From Eubacteriales bacterium (lineage in GTDB: Bacteria; Bacillota; Clostridia; Oscillospirales; CAG-272): DNA of 64,000 bases. This document shows positions 1 to 9,890 of the stretch, piece by piece. Within the stretch, counting starts at the first letter, position 1; each line of letters begins with the position of its first letter. The stretch lies in NCBI GenBank assembly GCA_034178705.1, contig JAXFQY010000104.1, positions 16,379 through 80,378 on the forward strand. The letters run 5' to 3'. Below the pieces are notes generated by a model. It did no database searches, was not told the origin of the DNA, and saw nothing but the letters and a program-made list of their open reading frames with translations. The position numbers and the translations under genes were made by a program.

Positions 1-2219
1 CAACGTCCTCCGGCAACATTGAAACTGAAGCGCCCCTGCGTGTAGCCGCGCTGTTTCGCGTCCTTCGTTGCGGCGAAGAGCGCACGGATATCGTTAAAGA
101 CCCCGGTATAGGTTGCCGGGTTGGAACGCGGTGTCCGTCCGATCGGGCTCTGGTCGATACAGATTACCTTGTCAAGATACTCTGTTCCCTCAATCGAATC
201 GTATTTTCCCGGTACGGTAAAGGCGCGATTGAGCTGCCGCGCAAGTGCACGGTAGAGAATCATGTTCACAAGCGACGATTTGCCCGACCCGGATACACCG
301 GTGACACAGGTGAAGGTACCAAGCGGGATCGAAACATCAATGTTTTTCAGGTTGTTCTGCTTTGCTCCCCGGATGGTGAGAAACTGTCCGTTTCCCGAGC
401 GGCGTACGGCCGGAAGGGCGATCACCCGTCGGCCGGAGAGAAAGTTCGCCGTTACCGATTCCCGGCATTCCTGAAATTCCTTCGGGGGCGCGGCGGCAAT
501 CAGTTTCCCGCCGTGGACGCCCGCTCCGGGGCCGATATCGACGATAAAGTCTGCATTCATCATGGTTTCTTCATCATGTTCCACGACAAGGACGGTATTT
601 CCGAGATCCCGGAGTTTCTTCATGGTTGCGATCAGTTTGCCGTTGTCGCGCTGATGGAGACCGATGCTCGGCTCGTCGAGAACATACATTACGCCGGTCA
701 GGGCACTGCCCATCTGCGTTGCCAGGCGGATACGCTGTGCTTCACCCCCCGAAAGGGTTCCCGCTTGGCGGGAAAGCGTCAGATAGGAAAGCCCCACATT
801 TTGCAGAAATCCGAGACGGGATCGGATTTCTTTCAGAATATCCCTTGCGATAATTCCTTTTTCCCCTTCCGGATTCAGTTCTCCGAAGAAGGAAACGAGA
901 CGTTCGACCGTAAGAGAGCAGAGCTCGCTGATGGAAATGCCGCCGACCGTTACCGCAAGCGCGGACGGATTGAGTCGCTTCCCGTGGCATTCGGGACACT
1001 CGCTTTGTTCAAGGAACTGGGAATAGTTATCTCCCGGAAAGGTGGCAATGCGGCGTTCCACGGTGTTGACGATTCCCTCAAATTTGACAATCGAGCGGTT
1101 AGTTCGCTTGCCAAAGGTGCGAACGACATCATACATCTCGTTTCCCGTTCCGTAAAAAAGGGCATGCAGTGCCTCTTCGGAAAAATCCGAAATCGGCATA
1201 TCCAACGTAAAGCCGTGGCTTTTTCCGACAGCGGCGATGAGGGGACCGCTCCAGCTGTCCTCCCCTGTACTTTTGAAACCGTTGGCTACGATGGCCCCTT
1301 GCGCGATGGAAAGCGAGCGGTCGGGAATCAGTTTGTCCGGGGAAACATGGGAAAGCTCCCCGAGTCCGGAACAGCGCGGGCAGGCGCCGCAGGGATTGTT
1401 AAAGGAGAACATCCGCGGCTCCAGTTCCCCGAGGCTGATATTGTGTTTTTCACAGGCAAAATTCTGTGAGAACTCAAGAATCTCACCTTGTCCGCCGTCG
1501 CGCGGCAGAATCTCCGCCTTCATGTATCCGTCCGCTGCATGCAGCGCCGTTTCGGCGGAATCGGAAAGACGGGAGCGCAAGTCAGGCTTCATGACAAGCC
1601 GGTCGACTACAATGTCGATATCATGCTTTTTGTTTTTATCAAGATGGATTTCTTCGCTGAGATCGTAGATGCTTCCGTCGATTTTGACACGGACGAAACC
1701 GCTTTTTTTGGCATTGGCAAGCACCTTTTCGTGCATTCCCTTCGCACCGCGTACAACCGGAGCGAGAATCAGAAAGCGCGTTCCCTCCGGAAGCTGCATG
1801 ACACGGTCAACGATACTGTCGGTTGTCTGCATCGAAATCTCCTTTCCGCAGACCGGGCAGTGAGGGACGCCGATGCGTGCGTAAAGCAGACGCAGATAAT
1901 CATAAATCTCCGTGACGGTTCCGACGGTGGAGCGGGGATTTTTGGAGGTTGTTTTCTGGTCGATTGCAACAGCTGGAGACAGCCCTTCGATGGAGTCGAC
2001 ATCCGGTTTGTCCAGTTGACCGAGGAACATGCGCGCGTAGGAAGAGAGGGATTCCACAAATCGGCGGTGCCCTTCGGCGTAAAGCGTGTCAAACGCAAGA
2101 GAAGATTTGCCGGAGCCGGACAGACCGGTAAAAACGGTCAGCTTGTCGCGCGGAATCTCCACATCGACGTTTTTCAGATTGTTTTCCCGCGCACCGCGGA
2201 CGATGATTTTTCTTTCCAT
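1..2219 (-). CDS. uvrA: excinuclease ABC subunit A, C-terminal part cut by the window edge
   Basis: Absent from the ORF track because it runs off the left edge. Reverse-strand translation from ATG 2219-2217 reads [67 protein letters not shown]..., a canonical UvrA N-terminus with Walker A. The frame stays open to nt 1. It lies 38 nt downstream of uvrB. Confidence 0.95.
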   Translation of the reverse strand, partial: MERKIIVRGARENNLKNVDVEIPRDKLTVFTGLSGSGKSSLAFDTLYAEGHRRFVESLSSYARMFLGQLDKPDVDSIEGLSPAVAIDQKTTSKNPRSTVGTVTEIYDYLRLLYARIGVPHCPVCGKEISMQTTDSIVDRVMQLPEGTRFLILAPVVRGAKGMHEKVLANAKKSGFVRVKIDGSIYDLSEEIHLDKNKKHDIDIVVDRLVMKPDLRSRLSDSAETALHAADGYMKAEILPRDGGQGEILEFSQNFACEKHNISLGELEPRMFSFNNPCGACPRCSGLGELSHVSPDKLIPDRSLSIAQGAIVANGFKSTGEDSWSGPLIAAVGKSHGFTLDMPISDFSEEALHALFYGTGNEMYDVVRTFGKRTNRSIVKFEGIVNTVERRIATFPGDNYSQFLEQSECPECHGKRLNPSALAVTVGGISISELCSLTVERLVSFFGELNPEGEKGIIARDILKEIRSRLGFLQNVGLSYLTLSRQAGTLSGGEAQRIRLATQMGSALTGVMYVLDEPSIGLHQRDNGKLIATMKKLRDLGNTVLVVEHDEETMMNADFIVDIGPGAGVHGGKLIAAAPPKEFQECRESVTANFLSGRRVIALPAVRRSGNGQFLTIRGAKQNNLKNIDVSIPLGTFTCVTGVSGSGKSSLVNMILYRALARQLNRAFTVPGKYDSIEGTEYLDKVICIDQSPIGRTPRSNPATYTGVFNDIRALFAATKDAKQRGYTQGRFSFNVAGGR

Positions 2220-2257
2220 TTTTTTCTCTTTGCTTATCGGTTTTTTTGTCTGCAGTT

Positions 2258-4255
2258 TCAGCCGTTCTTTTCGTTTTCTTCGCGAAGCTCCCTGACCCGG
2301 TCGCGCAGATAGGCTGCCCGTTCAAACTCCAGATGGGAAGCGCAGCGACGCATTTCCGCGGTCAGCTCCTCAATCAGTCTGGCGCGTTCGGTTTTGGAAA
2401 GTTTCTTCTTTTTCACGGTCACGGTGACTTTATCCGGTTCCGGCTTCGGCATTGCAGTGTCGATCAGGTCACGGACCGCCTTCCGGATTGTCTGGGGGGT
2501 GATGCCGTGTTCATCGTTGTATTGCTGCTGAATTCTCCTGCGACGCTCCGTTTCTTCCACGGCGGCACGGATTGAGCGGGTCATCTCATCTGCATAAAGG
2601 ATAACATGTCCTTCCGCATTTCGCGCGGCTCTGCCGATTGTCTGAATCAGCGAGGTTTCGCTCCGGAGCAGCCCCTCCTTGTCCGCGTCCAGCACGGCGA
2701 CAAGCGCTACCTCCGGAATGTCCAGTCCTTCGCGCAGCAGATTGATGCCGACGAGAACATCAAATTTTCCAAGCCGGAGATCGCGGATGATCTCCGCCCG
2801 CTCCATGGTATCGATGCTGTGATGGATATATTTTACCTTGATCTGGTTCTGATCGAGATAGTCGGACAGATCCTCTGCCATTTTCTTTGTCAGTGTGGTA
2901 ACAAGCACCCGTTCTCCGTTTTTCACAGTTTTCTTGATTTCACCGATCAGATCGTCGACCTGTCCCTTGACAGGACGCACCTCGACCATCGGGTCAAGAA
3001 GTCCGGTTGGACGGATAATCTGCTCCGCTGTCTGTACGGAATGCGTTTTTTCGTATTCGGCCGGGGTCGCGGAAACGAAAATGACCTGATTCAGATGCTG
3101 TTCAAACTCCGTAAAGTTCAGAGGGCGGTTGTCATATGCAGAGGGAAGACGAAATCCGTATTCGACCAGATTTTTCTTGCGGGCAAGGTCGCCTCCGCTC
3201 ATACCCCGCACCTGCGGAACTGTGACGTGTGACTCGTCAATGAACATCAGAAAATCCTTCGGAAAATAGTCCAGCAGGGTATACGGTGTGCTTCCGGGTG
3301 CTCTGCCGGAGAGAATGCGGGAATAGTTTTCCACACCCGAGCAGAATCCGGTTTCCCGAAGCATTTCCAGGTCGTACCGTGTCCGTTCCCCGATCCGCTG
3401 CGCTTCCAGAAGCATGTTGTTTGCGCGGAAGAAGGCTTCCCGTTCTGTCAGCTCCGCTTCAATTTCGGCATATGCCTGTTCACGCCGCGCTTCCGACACG
3501 GCATAGTGGGTTGCCGGGAAAATCCCGATATAGGAAAGCTCGCGCAGCGCTTCGCCGGTTACGGTGCTGACTTCCGTGATCCGATCTACGGTGTCCCCGA
3601 AAAATTCTATCCGGATTGCCTTTTCTGCTGTCCGGGCAGGAACAACTTCCACAACGTCTCCGCGTACCCGGAATTTATCGCGCTCCGGGGAGATATCATT
3701 GCGCTCATAGCCGATGGAAATCAGGCGGTCAATGCATTCCTCGCGTGACAGCGCTCCGTCCCTCCGGACGGGGAGCAGCATTGACTGGTATTCCCGGGGA
3801 TCTCCGAGAGAATAGATGCAGGAAACCGAGGAAACGATCAGGACGTCCCGCCGCTCGAAAAGGGAAGAGGTTGCGCTGTGGCGGAGACGGTCGATTTCAT
3901 CATTGATCATCGCATCCTTTTCAATATACATATCCTTCCCGGGAATATATGCCTCCGGCTGGTAGTAATCATAGTAGGATACAAAGTATTCCACCGCATT
4001 TTCCGGGAAGAACTCCCGGAACTCGGAGCAGAGCTGCGCCGCAAGGGTTTTATTATGAGCCAGTACAAGGGTGGGACGGTTGACCTTTGCAATCACATTC
4101 GCCATTGTGAAGGTTTTTCCGGAACCGGTTACGCCGAGCAGCGTCTGCATTCTGTCACCGCGCAGGATTCCCTCCGTCAGTTTTTCGATTGCCTGCGGCT
4201 GGTCCCCCGTCGGTTTGTAGGAGGAATGAAGGATAAATTTGTCCGTGCCGCACAC
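2258..4255 (-). CDS. uvrB: excinuclease ABC subunit B
   Basis: 665-aa ORF with a GTG start. Contains [14 protein letters not shown], Walker [16 protein letters not shown], the DESH box ([11 protein letters not shown]) and a C-terminal UVR motif ([17 protein letters not shown]). Confidence 0.97.
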   Translation of the reverse strand: MCGTDKFILHSSYKPTGDQPQAIEKLTEGILRGDRMQTLLGVTGSGKTFTMANVIAKVNRPTLVLAHNKTLAAQLCSEFREFFPENAVEYFVSYYDYYQPEAYIPGKDMYIEKDAMINDEIDRLRHSATSSLFERRDVLIVSSVSCIYSLGDPREYQSMLLPVRRDGALSREECIDRLISIGYERNDISPERDKFRVRGDVVEVVPARTAEKAIRIEFFGDTVDRITEVSTVTGEALRELSYIGIFPATHYAVSEARREQAYAEIEAELTEREAFFRANNMLLEAQRIGERTRYDLEMLRETGFCSGVENYSRILSGRAPGSTPYTLLDYFPKDFLMFIDESHVTVPQVRGMSGGDLARKKNLVEYGFRLPSAYDNRPLNFTEFEQHLNQVIFVSATPAEYEKTHSVQTAEQIIRPTGLLDPMVEVRPVKGQVDDLIGEIKKTVKNGERVLVTTLTKKMAEDLSDYLDQNQIKVKYIHHSIDTMERAEIIRDLRLGKFDVLVGINLLREGLDIPEVALVAVLDADKEGLLRSETSLIQTIGRAARNAEGHVILYADEMTRSIRAAVEETERRRRIQQQYNDEHGITPQTIRKAVRDLIDTAMPKPEPDKVTVTVKKKKLSKTERARLIEELTAEMRRCASHLEFERAAYLRDRVRELREENEKNG

Positions 4256-4608
4256 CTCCTTTTTGAATTCCTTCTGTTAGGATAACTGATTATAGCACAG
4301 TTCATTACAAAAGGAAAGTGAAAGATGAGAAGAATGCGGGAAAAACGCGCTTTTTTTGAAGAGCAACGGGACACCCGGTATTCCGTAAAAATCCGACCGG
4401 GGGAAAAGAAATGTTTTTGCCGTCGTTCTCAATACCGGCCTTTAGGAGGAAAAGAATCTGCCGGTTTGCCCGATTTTTTCGGGAATTCGGAAAAGCGTGC
4501 TGCCCTTTTTGTGTCGGATTTTCTCCTATTATCTACGGATTCTGCCACTTTCTTTTTTGTTCGCTCTGCGGTATGATAAATACGAAACAGAAGAACGGAG
4601 GAAAAACG

Positions 4609-6453
4609 ATGAAACAATACCGGTTTTATACTGCCAGGGAAATCAGCCCGCAGGGATGGCTTCGGGAGCAGCTGAAAATACAGGCGCAGGGGCTTGCCGG
4701 GAATCTGGACAAAATGTGGCCGGATGTCCGTGACAGCGCATGGATCGGAGGGCCCCGTGAGGGATGGGAAAGAGTACCGTACTGGCTGGACGGATTTCTC
4801 CCGCTTGCCTATCTGCTCGGGGAGGAAGATCTGAAGGAGCGTGCACAGCGCTACATCGACGCCATTCTGGCGTCTCAGAAACCGGACGGCTGGCTTTGCC
4901 CCTGTGCCGACGACCAGCGCGGCGAATATGATATCTGGGCACTTTTCCTGATGAGCAAGGTGCTCACCGTTTATTATGACTGCACGGGGGATGAGCGTGT
5001 ACCGGATGTACTTTATCGTGCAATGAAAAACTGCTTTGACCTGATGAAGGCGGGAACGGTCAGACTGGTCAAGTGGGGGAAATTCCGCTGGTATGAGGCA
5101 TTTCTCGCTCTGGAGCTGCTCTATGACCGTTTCGGAGAAGCGTGGATCCGGGAACTTGCCGGAATGCTCCGGGACCAGGGGCAGGACTATCGCGAGTTGT
5201 ATGACCGATGGGTCACGCCGCTGAATAAATGGACCTTTGAAACGCATATTGTCAACCTGATGATGACGCTGAAGTGCGAAGCGATTACCCATCGTCTTCT
5301 CGGAGAAGCGTATACAAACGAGGCGGAAAAAATGTACCGCTTCCTGAAAAAATACAACGGCACACCGACCGGGCTCTTTACAGGGGATGAGTGCTTAGCC
5401 GGGCTGAGTCCGACGCACGGAACCGAGCTTTGCGCCGTCATGGAGTTTCTTTATTCCTGCGAACAGCTTTACGCCCGGACGGGGGATCCCGCTTGGATGG
5501 AGCGGCTGGAGCGTGCTGCCTTCAATGCTCTTCCCGCGACTGTTTCGGAGGACATGTGGACTCATCAGTATGTCCAGATGAGCAACCAGATCAACTGTGA
5601 ACGCTTCCCCGGAAAGTCCTATTTCCGCACGGTCGGCAAAGAGGCGCATATGTTCGGCTTGGAGCCGCACTTCGGCTGCTGTACCGCCAACATGGGACAG
5701 GGTTGGCCGAAGCTTGCCCTTTCCGCTTTTATGCAGGAGGAGGGCGGTATTGTGAGCTGTCTTGCCGTTCCCGCTTGCCTCAGAACAGAGCAGAAGGGCA
5801 TCGGTATTCGGATCACTACCGAAACAAACTATCCCTTTGAAAACAGCTTTGCATATATTGTTGAAACAGATGCGCCGGTTTCCTTCCGTTTTTCCGTGCG
5901 CATTCCCTCCTTCGCCAAAAGCCTGAAGGTTGACGGCAGAGAGATCCGACGCCGCGGGATGCTGGTGTTTGACCGTGAATGGAAGGGAAGAACAGAGATC
6001 CGCATATCCTTTGAGACGGAAGCAAAGCTTTTCCGTACCTCCTACGGTCTTTACAGCGCGGAGATGGGATCCCTTGTTTTCGCTCTTCCGATTGCGTCGG
6101 AAGCAACCAAAGTTGAGTATGAGAGGGACGGTGTAAAGCGGGTGTTTCCGTACTGCGATTATCAGATCCGGGGAACCTCCGAATGGCGTTACGGCTTTGC
6201 AGACAGAACCCTGAAGCCGGAGTATCACAAGCTCGGGAAATCTCCGTTTTCCGCGGAGAATCCTCCGGTTACTTTAAAGGCAAATCTGATTCGCATCGAC
6301 TGGAAGCCTGCAGACGGTTATGAACACGTTGCCGGAGATAATCCGCCCGCAGTTTCATCCAAGGGGGCGAAAGCCGAATCGCTTACCCTTCTTCCTTACG
6401 GCTGCGCCAGACTGCGTGTGACCGAGATGCCTATTGTCCGCAGCTTCAAATAG
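4609..6453 (+). CDS. GH127-like (DUF1680) glycoside hydrolase, putative beta-L-arabinofuranosidase
   Basis: ATG 4609 follows GGAGGAAAAACG. The track ORF starting at 4411 carries an implausible Cys/Phe-rich extension. GTELCAVMEF and HFGCCTANMGQGWPK resemble the Glu/Cys zinc site and Cys-nucleophile region of HypBA1-type enzymes (comparison by eye). No signal peptide. Confidence 0.8.
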   Translation: MKQYRFYTAREISPQGWLREQLKIQAQGLAGNLDKMWPDVRDSAWIGGPREGWERVPYWLDGFLPLAYLLGEEDLKERAQRYIDAILASQKPDGWLCPCADDQRGEYDIWALFLMSKVLTVYYDCTGDERVPDVLYRAMKNCFDLMKAGTVRLVKWGKFRWYEAFLALELLYDRFGEAWIRELAGMLRDQGQDYRELYDRWVTPLNKWTFETHIVNLMMTLKCEAITHRLLGEAYTNEAEKMYRFLKKYNGTPTGLFTGDECLAGLSPTHGTELCAVMEFLYSCEQLYARTGDPAWMERLERAAFNALPATVSEDMWTHQYVQMSNQINCERFPGKSYFRTVGKEAHMFGLEPHFGCCTANMGQGWPKLALSAFMQEEGGIVSCLAVPACLRTEQKGIGIRITTETNYPFENSFAYIVETDAPVSFRFSVRIPSFAKSLKVDGREIRRRGMLVFDREWKGRTEIRISFETEAKLFRTSYGLYSAEMGSLVFALPIASEATKVEYERDGVKRVFPYCDYQIRGTSEWRYGFADRTLKPEYHKLGKSPFSAENPPVTLKANLIRIDWKPADGYEHVAGDNPPAVSSKGAKAESLTLLPYGCARLRVTEMPIVRSFK

Positions 6454-6490
6454 AATTGTCGCATCCTGCTTCCCGACAGGCAGAGCAGTC

Positions 6491-6530
6491 AGCGATCCGG
6501 CGCGCAAAACAGCGCGCCGGATCGCTTTTT
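6491..6530 (+). terminator. intrinsic terminator after the GH127-like gene
   Basis: 14-bp perfect stem AGCGATCCGGCGCG / CGCGCCGGATCGCT followed by TTTTT. It abuts the stop codon of the convergent minus-strand gene. Confidence 0.8.
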
Positions 6531-7239
6531 ACTCTGTGTGAACGGCAGCGGACATGGTGTTGAAGGACAGATGGGCGGCCTCCGGTTTCGTATTACAGAC
6601 CAGGGACCAGGCAGGAACCCTGCAGAGAATTCTGTCCGTTACCTTGACAAGACGCTCCGCCCGCTCGGCGGAAAGGTCACGGATTGTTTGCCTGAGAAAC
6701 AGCGGAAGGGAAACGGAGGGGGGAATCCGTTCGATGGTATTGACGGCGCCGCAGGTCAGAAATGCGATCCCGGCAACAGGAACGGCACGGTCAGTGCTGA
6801 GATCCTCCTTTCCCGAAAAAGGGGTTCCGCAGCAGAAGGGAATATCGCCGATCAAACGCAGGGCAGGCTTGTCGTCGTTCAGGATCGCGGCATCGGAAAA
6901 TTCACGGAGCCAGAGCGCGGCGTGTGTTGATTTTCCGACGCCGCTGTCGGCAGAAAAAAGATAAGCCCTTCCGCTCCGCTCCACTGCGCTCGCATGCAGA
7001 AGAACGCCGTCAAAATCGAGAAGACGGCGATAAAAGGCACTTCCTGCCAGCATATATTCACATTCCTCCCGGGTGAGCGCGGGGTTTGCCGTACAGCAGC
7101 GCCGAAGCATATCCTCCGGAATGCGGATTGTAATATCCGGAACGGCGGAACCGACGGCCCGGTATTTTTCTGCGCGGTCCCGGAGAAGGCTAAAGGCGGG
7201 GGCCAGATCAACCGTCAGTCCGGCAAATCGGTAGTTCAT
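6529..7239 (-). CDS. HprK-related P-loop protein (putative serine kinase), function unknown
   Basis: P-loop SADSGVGKSTHAALW of the HPr-kinase C-terminal-domain type. ATG 7239 is preceded by AAAGGTGA; the track start at 7248 is a GTG 3 codons upstream. Confidence 0.6.
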   Translation of the reverse strand: MNYRFAGLTVDLAPAFSLLRDRAEKYRAVGSAVPDITIRIPEDMLRRCCTANPALTREECEYMLAGSAFYRRLLDFDGVLLHASAVERSGRAYLFSADSGVGKSTHAALWLREFSDAAILNDDKPALRLIGDIPFCCGTPFSGKEDLSTDRAVPVAGIAFLTCGAVNTIERIPPSVSLPLFLRQTIRDLSAERAERLVKVTDRILCRVPAWSLVCNTKPEAAHLSFNTMSAAVHTE

Positions 7240-7382
7240 GACTGTCACCTTTGTTTTTTCTTCCTTAAGTTATAAGATATTATAAATTGATTTTGCAGGT
7301 TTTGCAAGGGAAAGGGAAGAATAAAAGATGAAATATTTTTCACAGTTCCGGAAAAAATCCTTCATGAATTACAAAAAAGCGA

Positions 7383-7411
7383 TTGACAGCCGCAAGAGGG
7401 GATGATAGAAT
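7383..7411 (+). promoter_or_regulatory. SigA-type promoter for the XRE-maf-ImmA cassette
   Basis: TTGACA (7383-7388), 17-nt spacer ending in TGa, then TAGAAT (7406-7411). About 50 nt upstream of the XRE ATG. Confidence 0.55.
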
Positions 7412-7461
7412 AAAAACAACAGATCAGAACCGCGATAGAGAATCGGGAACGGAGGATCATC

Positions 7462-7827
7462 ATGACTTTTGCAGAAAAACTTCGGATGCAGCGTAAGCGC
7501 CTCGGTTACACACAGAGCCAGCTTGCCGATGTGCTCGGTATTACAACAAGGACGCTGATCAATTATGAAATGGGGCGTTGTTGCCCGAAGCAGACGGAGG
7601 TCTACATGAAAATGGCGTCGGTTTTCGGCGTCAGAATGGAGGACCTGATTACCGATATGGACTGCAGCCCCGTTCAGGAGACTGAGCAGGATGCCGCAAA
7701 GGAGGTTCGCCGGCTTCTTGCACGGATGAGTGGCTTGTTCGCCGGCGGTGAGCTCTGCGATGAGGATCGCGATAAGGTTATGTATGCCGTGACCGATATG
7801 TACTGGAAGGCAAAGGCGCGCAAATAA
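7462..7827 (+). CDS. XRE-family helix-turn-helix transcriptional regulator
   Basis: N-terminal HTH_3 pattern LRMQRKRLGYTQSQLADVLGITTRTLINYEMG. RBS GGAGGATCATC precedes the ATG. Confidence 0.9.
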   Translation: MTFAEKLRMQRKRLGYTQSQLADVLGITTRTLINYEMGRCCPKQTEVYMKMASVFGVRMEDLITDMDCSPVQETEQDAAKEVRRLLARMSGLFAGGELCDEDRDKVMYAVTDMYWKAKARK

Positions 7828-8444
7828 TGGGAAAAACGCTTTATCTGGCGTCTTCCTCCCCGCGCAGACGCGAGATTCTTACCAGGCTCGGTTTTCCTTT
7901 CCGTTTGCTGCTTCCGGACGGGGAGGAGGATTGCGCTATCCGGGAGCCTGCGGCACTTGTGCGTACGCTGGGAGAGCGGAAGGCGCGCAGCGCCTTTGCC
8001 AAGCTGACCGAAGCAGAGCGGCGGGACGCACTGATTCTTGCCTGTGATACGGTGGTATCGGTTGGAGAGGAGATTCTGGGTAAGCCGAAGGATCGGAACG
8101 ATGCGCGGCGGATGCTTCATCTTCTTTCGGGGAGAGAACATGAAGTATACAGCGGTATTGCCGTAATGACGGAGAAAAAGCTTGTTGCCCGGGAGGAATG
8201 CACGCGGGTCCGTTTTGCCAGGCTGACCGATCGGGAAATTGATGCGTATCTGGCTACCGGTGAACCCGACGATAAGGCGGGTGCCTATGCCGTGCAGGGG
8301 ATCGGCGCTCTCTGGATTGAGGGGATCGAGGGCTGTTATTTCAACGTCATGGGGCTCCCTGTCCGGCGGGTTTATACCGTTCTCCGGGAAGAGTTCGGAG
8401 CGGATCCCTTTTCTCTGCAAAAAAGAAATGACAGCGCAGAATAA
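7827..8444 (+). CDS. maf: Maf-family nucleoside triphosphate pyrophosphatase (septum formation inhibitor-like)
   Basis: LYLASSSPRRREIL, ACDTVV, GKPKD and DKAGAYAVQG motifs typical of Maf/YhdE. The ATG overlaps the XRE stop codon (TAATG). Confidence 0.92.
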   Translation: MGKTLYLASSSPRRREILTRLGFPFRLLLPDGEEDCAIREPAALVRTLGERKARSAFAKLTEAERRDALILACDTVVSVGEEILGKPKDRNDARRMLHLLSGREHEVYSGIAVMTEKKLVAREECTRVRFARLTDREIDAYLATGEPDDKAGAYAVQGIGALWIEGIEGCYFNVMGLPVRRVYTVLREEFGADPFSLQKRNDSAE

Positions 8445-8961
8445 ACCGTTGGCGGCACGCACCGCCGCACACGCCGTATCCTGCTACGGTTCGCGCGACC
8501 CTTTTGAGATTGCGGAGCGGGAGGGCGTTACCGTATGCTCGTATGATCTTGGCTCACTGAACGGAATGTATACCGTTTTATGCGGCGTTCCCTTTATTGC
8601 GCTTTCGGAATCACTGGATCGGTACGGCGCGCGGCTGGTCTGTGCGCATGAACTGGGACATCATATGCTTCACCGGGCACTCGCCGAGACCACGGCGTTG
8701 CACGACAGCGGAATTTTTTCCGGCGGAGGCAGACTGGAAAATGAGGCAAACGAATTTGCCGCCGAACTTCTGATCTCCGACCGTAAGCTGCTTTGTGCGG
8801 TGCGGGATTTCGGATCCCTGTCTGCTGTTGCGGCAGAGTTGGGAGAGTGTGAGGAGCTTGTCGCCGTAAAAAGCGAGCTTCTTCGTTCTGCGGGCAGCTC
8901 CCTGCGGCAGATGGATGTTCAGGTGGATTTTCTCAAAAAAAATTTTTCAAAAAATGATTGA
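8428..8961 (+). CDS. ImmA/IrrE-family (COG2856, DUF955) zinc metallopeptidase
   Basis: HEXXH as AHELGHHMLH, plus the downstream ENEANEFAAELL motif characteristic of ImmA/IrrE. ATG 8428 lies 17 nt inside the 3' end of maf; the upstream part of the track ORF (from 8239) is the maf overlap frame. Confidence 0.85.
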   Translation: MTAQNKPLAARTAAHAVSCYGSRDPFEIAEREGVTVCSYDLGSLNGMYTVLCGVPFIALSESLDRYGARLVCAHELGHHMLHRALAETTALHDSGIFSGGGRLENEANEFAAELLISDRKLLCAVRDFGSLSAVAAELGECEELVAVKSELLRSAGSSLRQMDVQVDFLKKNFSKND

Positions 8962-8986
8962 CATTACAACTTGTTTATTATAAAAT
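8958..8986 (+). promoter_or_regulatory. SigA-type promoter for the AraC-family gene
   Basis: TTGACA (8958-8963), 17-nt spacer, then TAAAAT (8981-8986). Confidence 0.5.
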
Positions 8987-9028
8987 TCTATTTACATTAC
9001 AAGATTTTATAAAAATGAGGTAGTGATC

Positions 9029-9874
9029 ATGATCAGTCGGGGATACGAGAAACTGTTTTATGTTTCCTCCGAGAAGTTTGACCCGTCCAAATCCTTTGAT
9101 ATCGAGATGGCGGGAATTACGTCTCCGAACGACAATTACCGGATTGAGCGCAACCGTACCAGAATGAGTCTCAATAATGTTTCTGTTTTCGAATATGTGA
9201 TTTCCGGAAAGGGTTATATCGAAAGCGAGGGAGAGACTTATACGGTTCAGGCGGGTGATTTCTATTATCTCGACCGCCGCCACAGCCATAAATATTGGGC
9301 GGATCCGGAAGATCCCTTCAAAAAAATCTGGATCAATGCCCGCGGAAGACTGCCCGCCGCGGTGCTTGCCGCATATTATTTTACAGACCCGGTGATCGTG
9401 GAGCACGCGGATGTCTATGAGTTGTTCCGGAAAATCGGTACGGCACTTTCTGACCTGGATGAGACCAACCGGGATACGGTTTTCGGAGAGGTTGCTGTGC
9501 TTCTGACAGATATTATTGTCCGTGTCGGTACGATTCGGCAGAAACGCCGTGTTTCCTCGACCCTTGCTTTTCAGATCAAGAGCATGATTGATGAATCCCC
9601 GAATTTCAATATCACGCTTGCAGAGGTCGAAAAGCAGTTTTTCCTCTCAAAGTCCTATATTATTCATCTTTTTTCCGATGAATTCAATATCACGCCGAAG
9701 CAATATATTCTTCAGAAAAAAATCGATACGGCAAAGCTTCTGTTGCGCGATGCACGCTGTGAGCTGAGTGAGATTGCGGATATTCTTCATTTCTCCAGTG
9801 TTCAGCATTTCTCCGCAACCTTCAAGCGTTATACCGGAATGACGCCGGATACATACCGCCGCAGCTGCGGCTGA
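9029..9874 (+). CDS. AraC-family transcriptional regulator (cupin sensor plus HTH)
   Basis: N-terminal cupin-like segment (YVISGKGYIESEGETYTVQAGDFYYLDRRHSH). C-terminal AraC HTH (LAEVEKQFFLSKSYIIHLF...ILHFSSVQHFSATFKRYTGMTPDTYR). ATG 9029 sits 8 nt after GAGG; the track start at 9023 is a GTG. Confidence 0.9.
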   Translation: MISRGYEKLFYVSSEKFDPSKSFDIEMAGITSPNDNYRIERNRTRMSLNNVSVFEYVISGKGYIESEGETYTVQAGDFYYLDRRHSHKYWADPEDPFKKIWINARGRLPAAVLAAYYFTDPVIVEHADVYELFRKIGTALSDLDETNRDTVFGEVAVLLTDIIVRVGTIRQKRRVSSTLAFQIKSMIDESPNFNITLAEVEKQFFLSKSYIIHLFSDEFNITPKQYILQKKIDTAKLLLRDARCELSEIADILHFSSVQHFSATFKRYTGMTPDTYRRSCG

Positions 9875-9890
9875 CGGCAGAACGGATATC

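Noticed and set aside
262-2312. Plus-strand ORFs 262-474, 513-1469 and 1488-2312
   Set aside because: All lie antisense to uvrA. uvrA reads cleanly on the minus strand but is missing from the track because it is truncated by the window edge.
4256-4330. Looked for a LexA (Cheo) box, GAAC-N4-GTTC, in the uvrB promoter
   Set aside because: Only an extended -10 element (TGcTATAAT on the minus strand) is visible. GAAC and GTT are 13 nt apart, so this is not a Cheo box.
4325-4576. 83-aa ORF with an AAAGGAAAG RBS in the uvrB/GH127 intergenic region
   Set aside because: Its composition is non-protein-like (Arg/Phe runs) and it overlaps the probable divergent promoter region. I kept it only as a remote small-protein possibility.
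4411-4608. 66-codon N-terminal extension of the GH127-like ORF
   Set aside because: The extension is Cys/Phe/Arg-rich and has no RBS. The internal ATG at 4609 has a GGAGG RBS and starts a sequence typical for the family.
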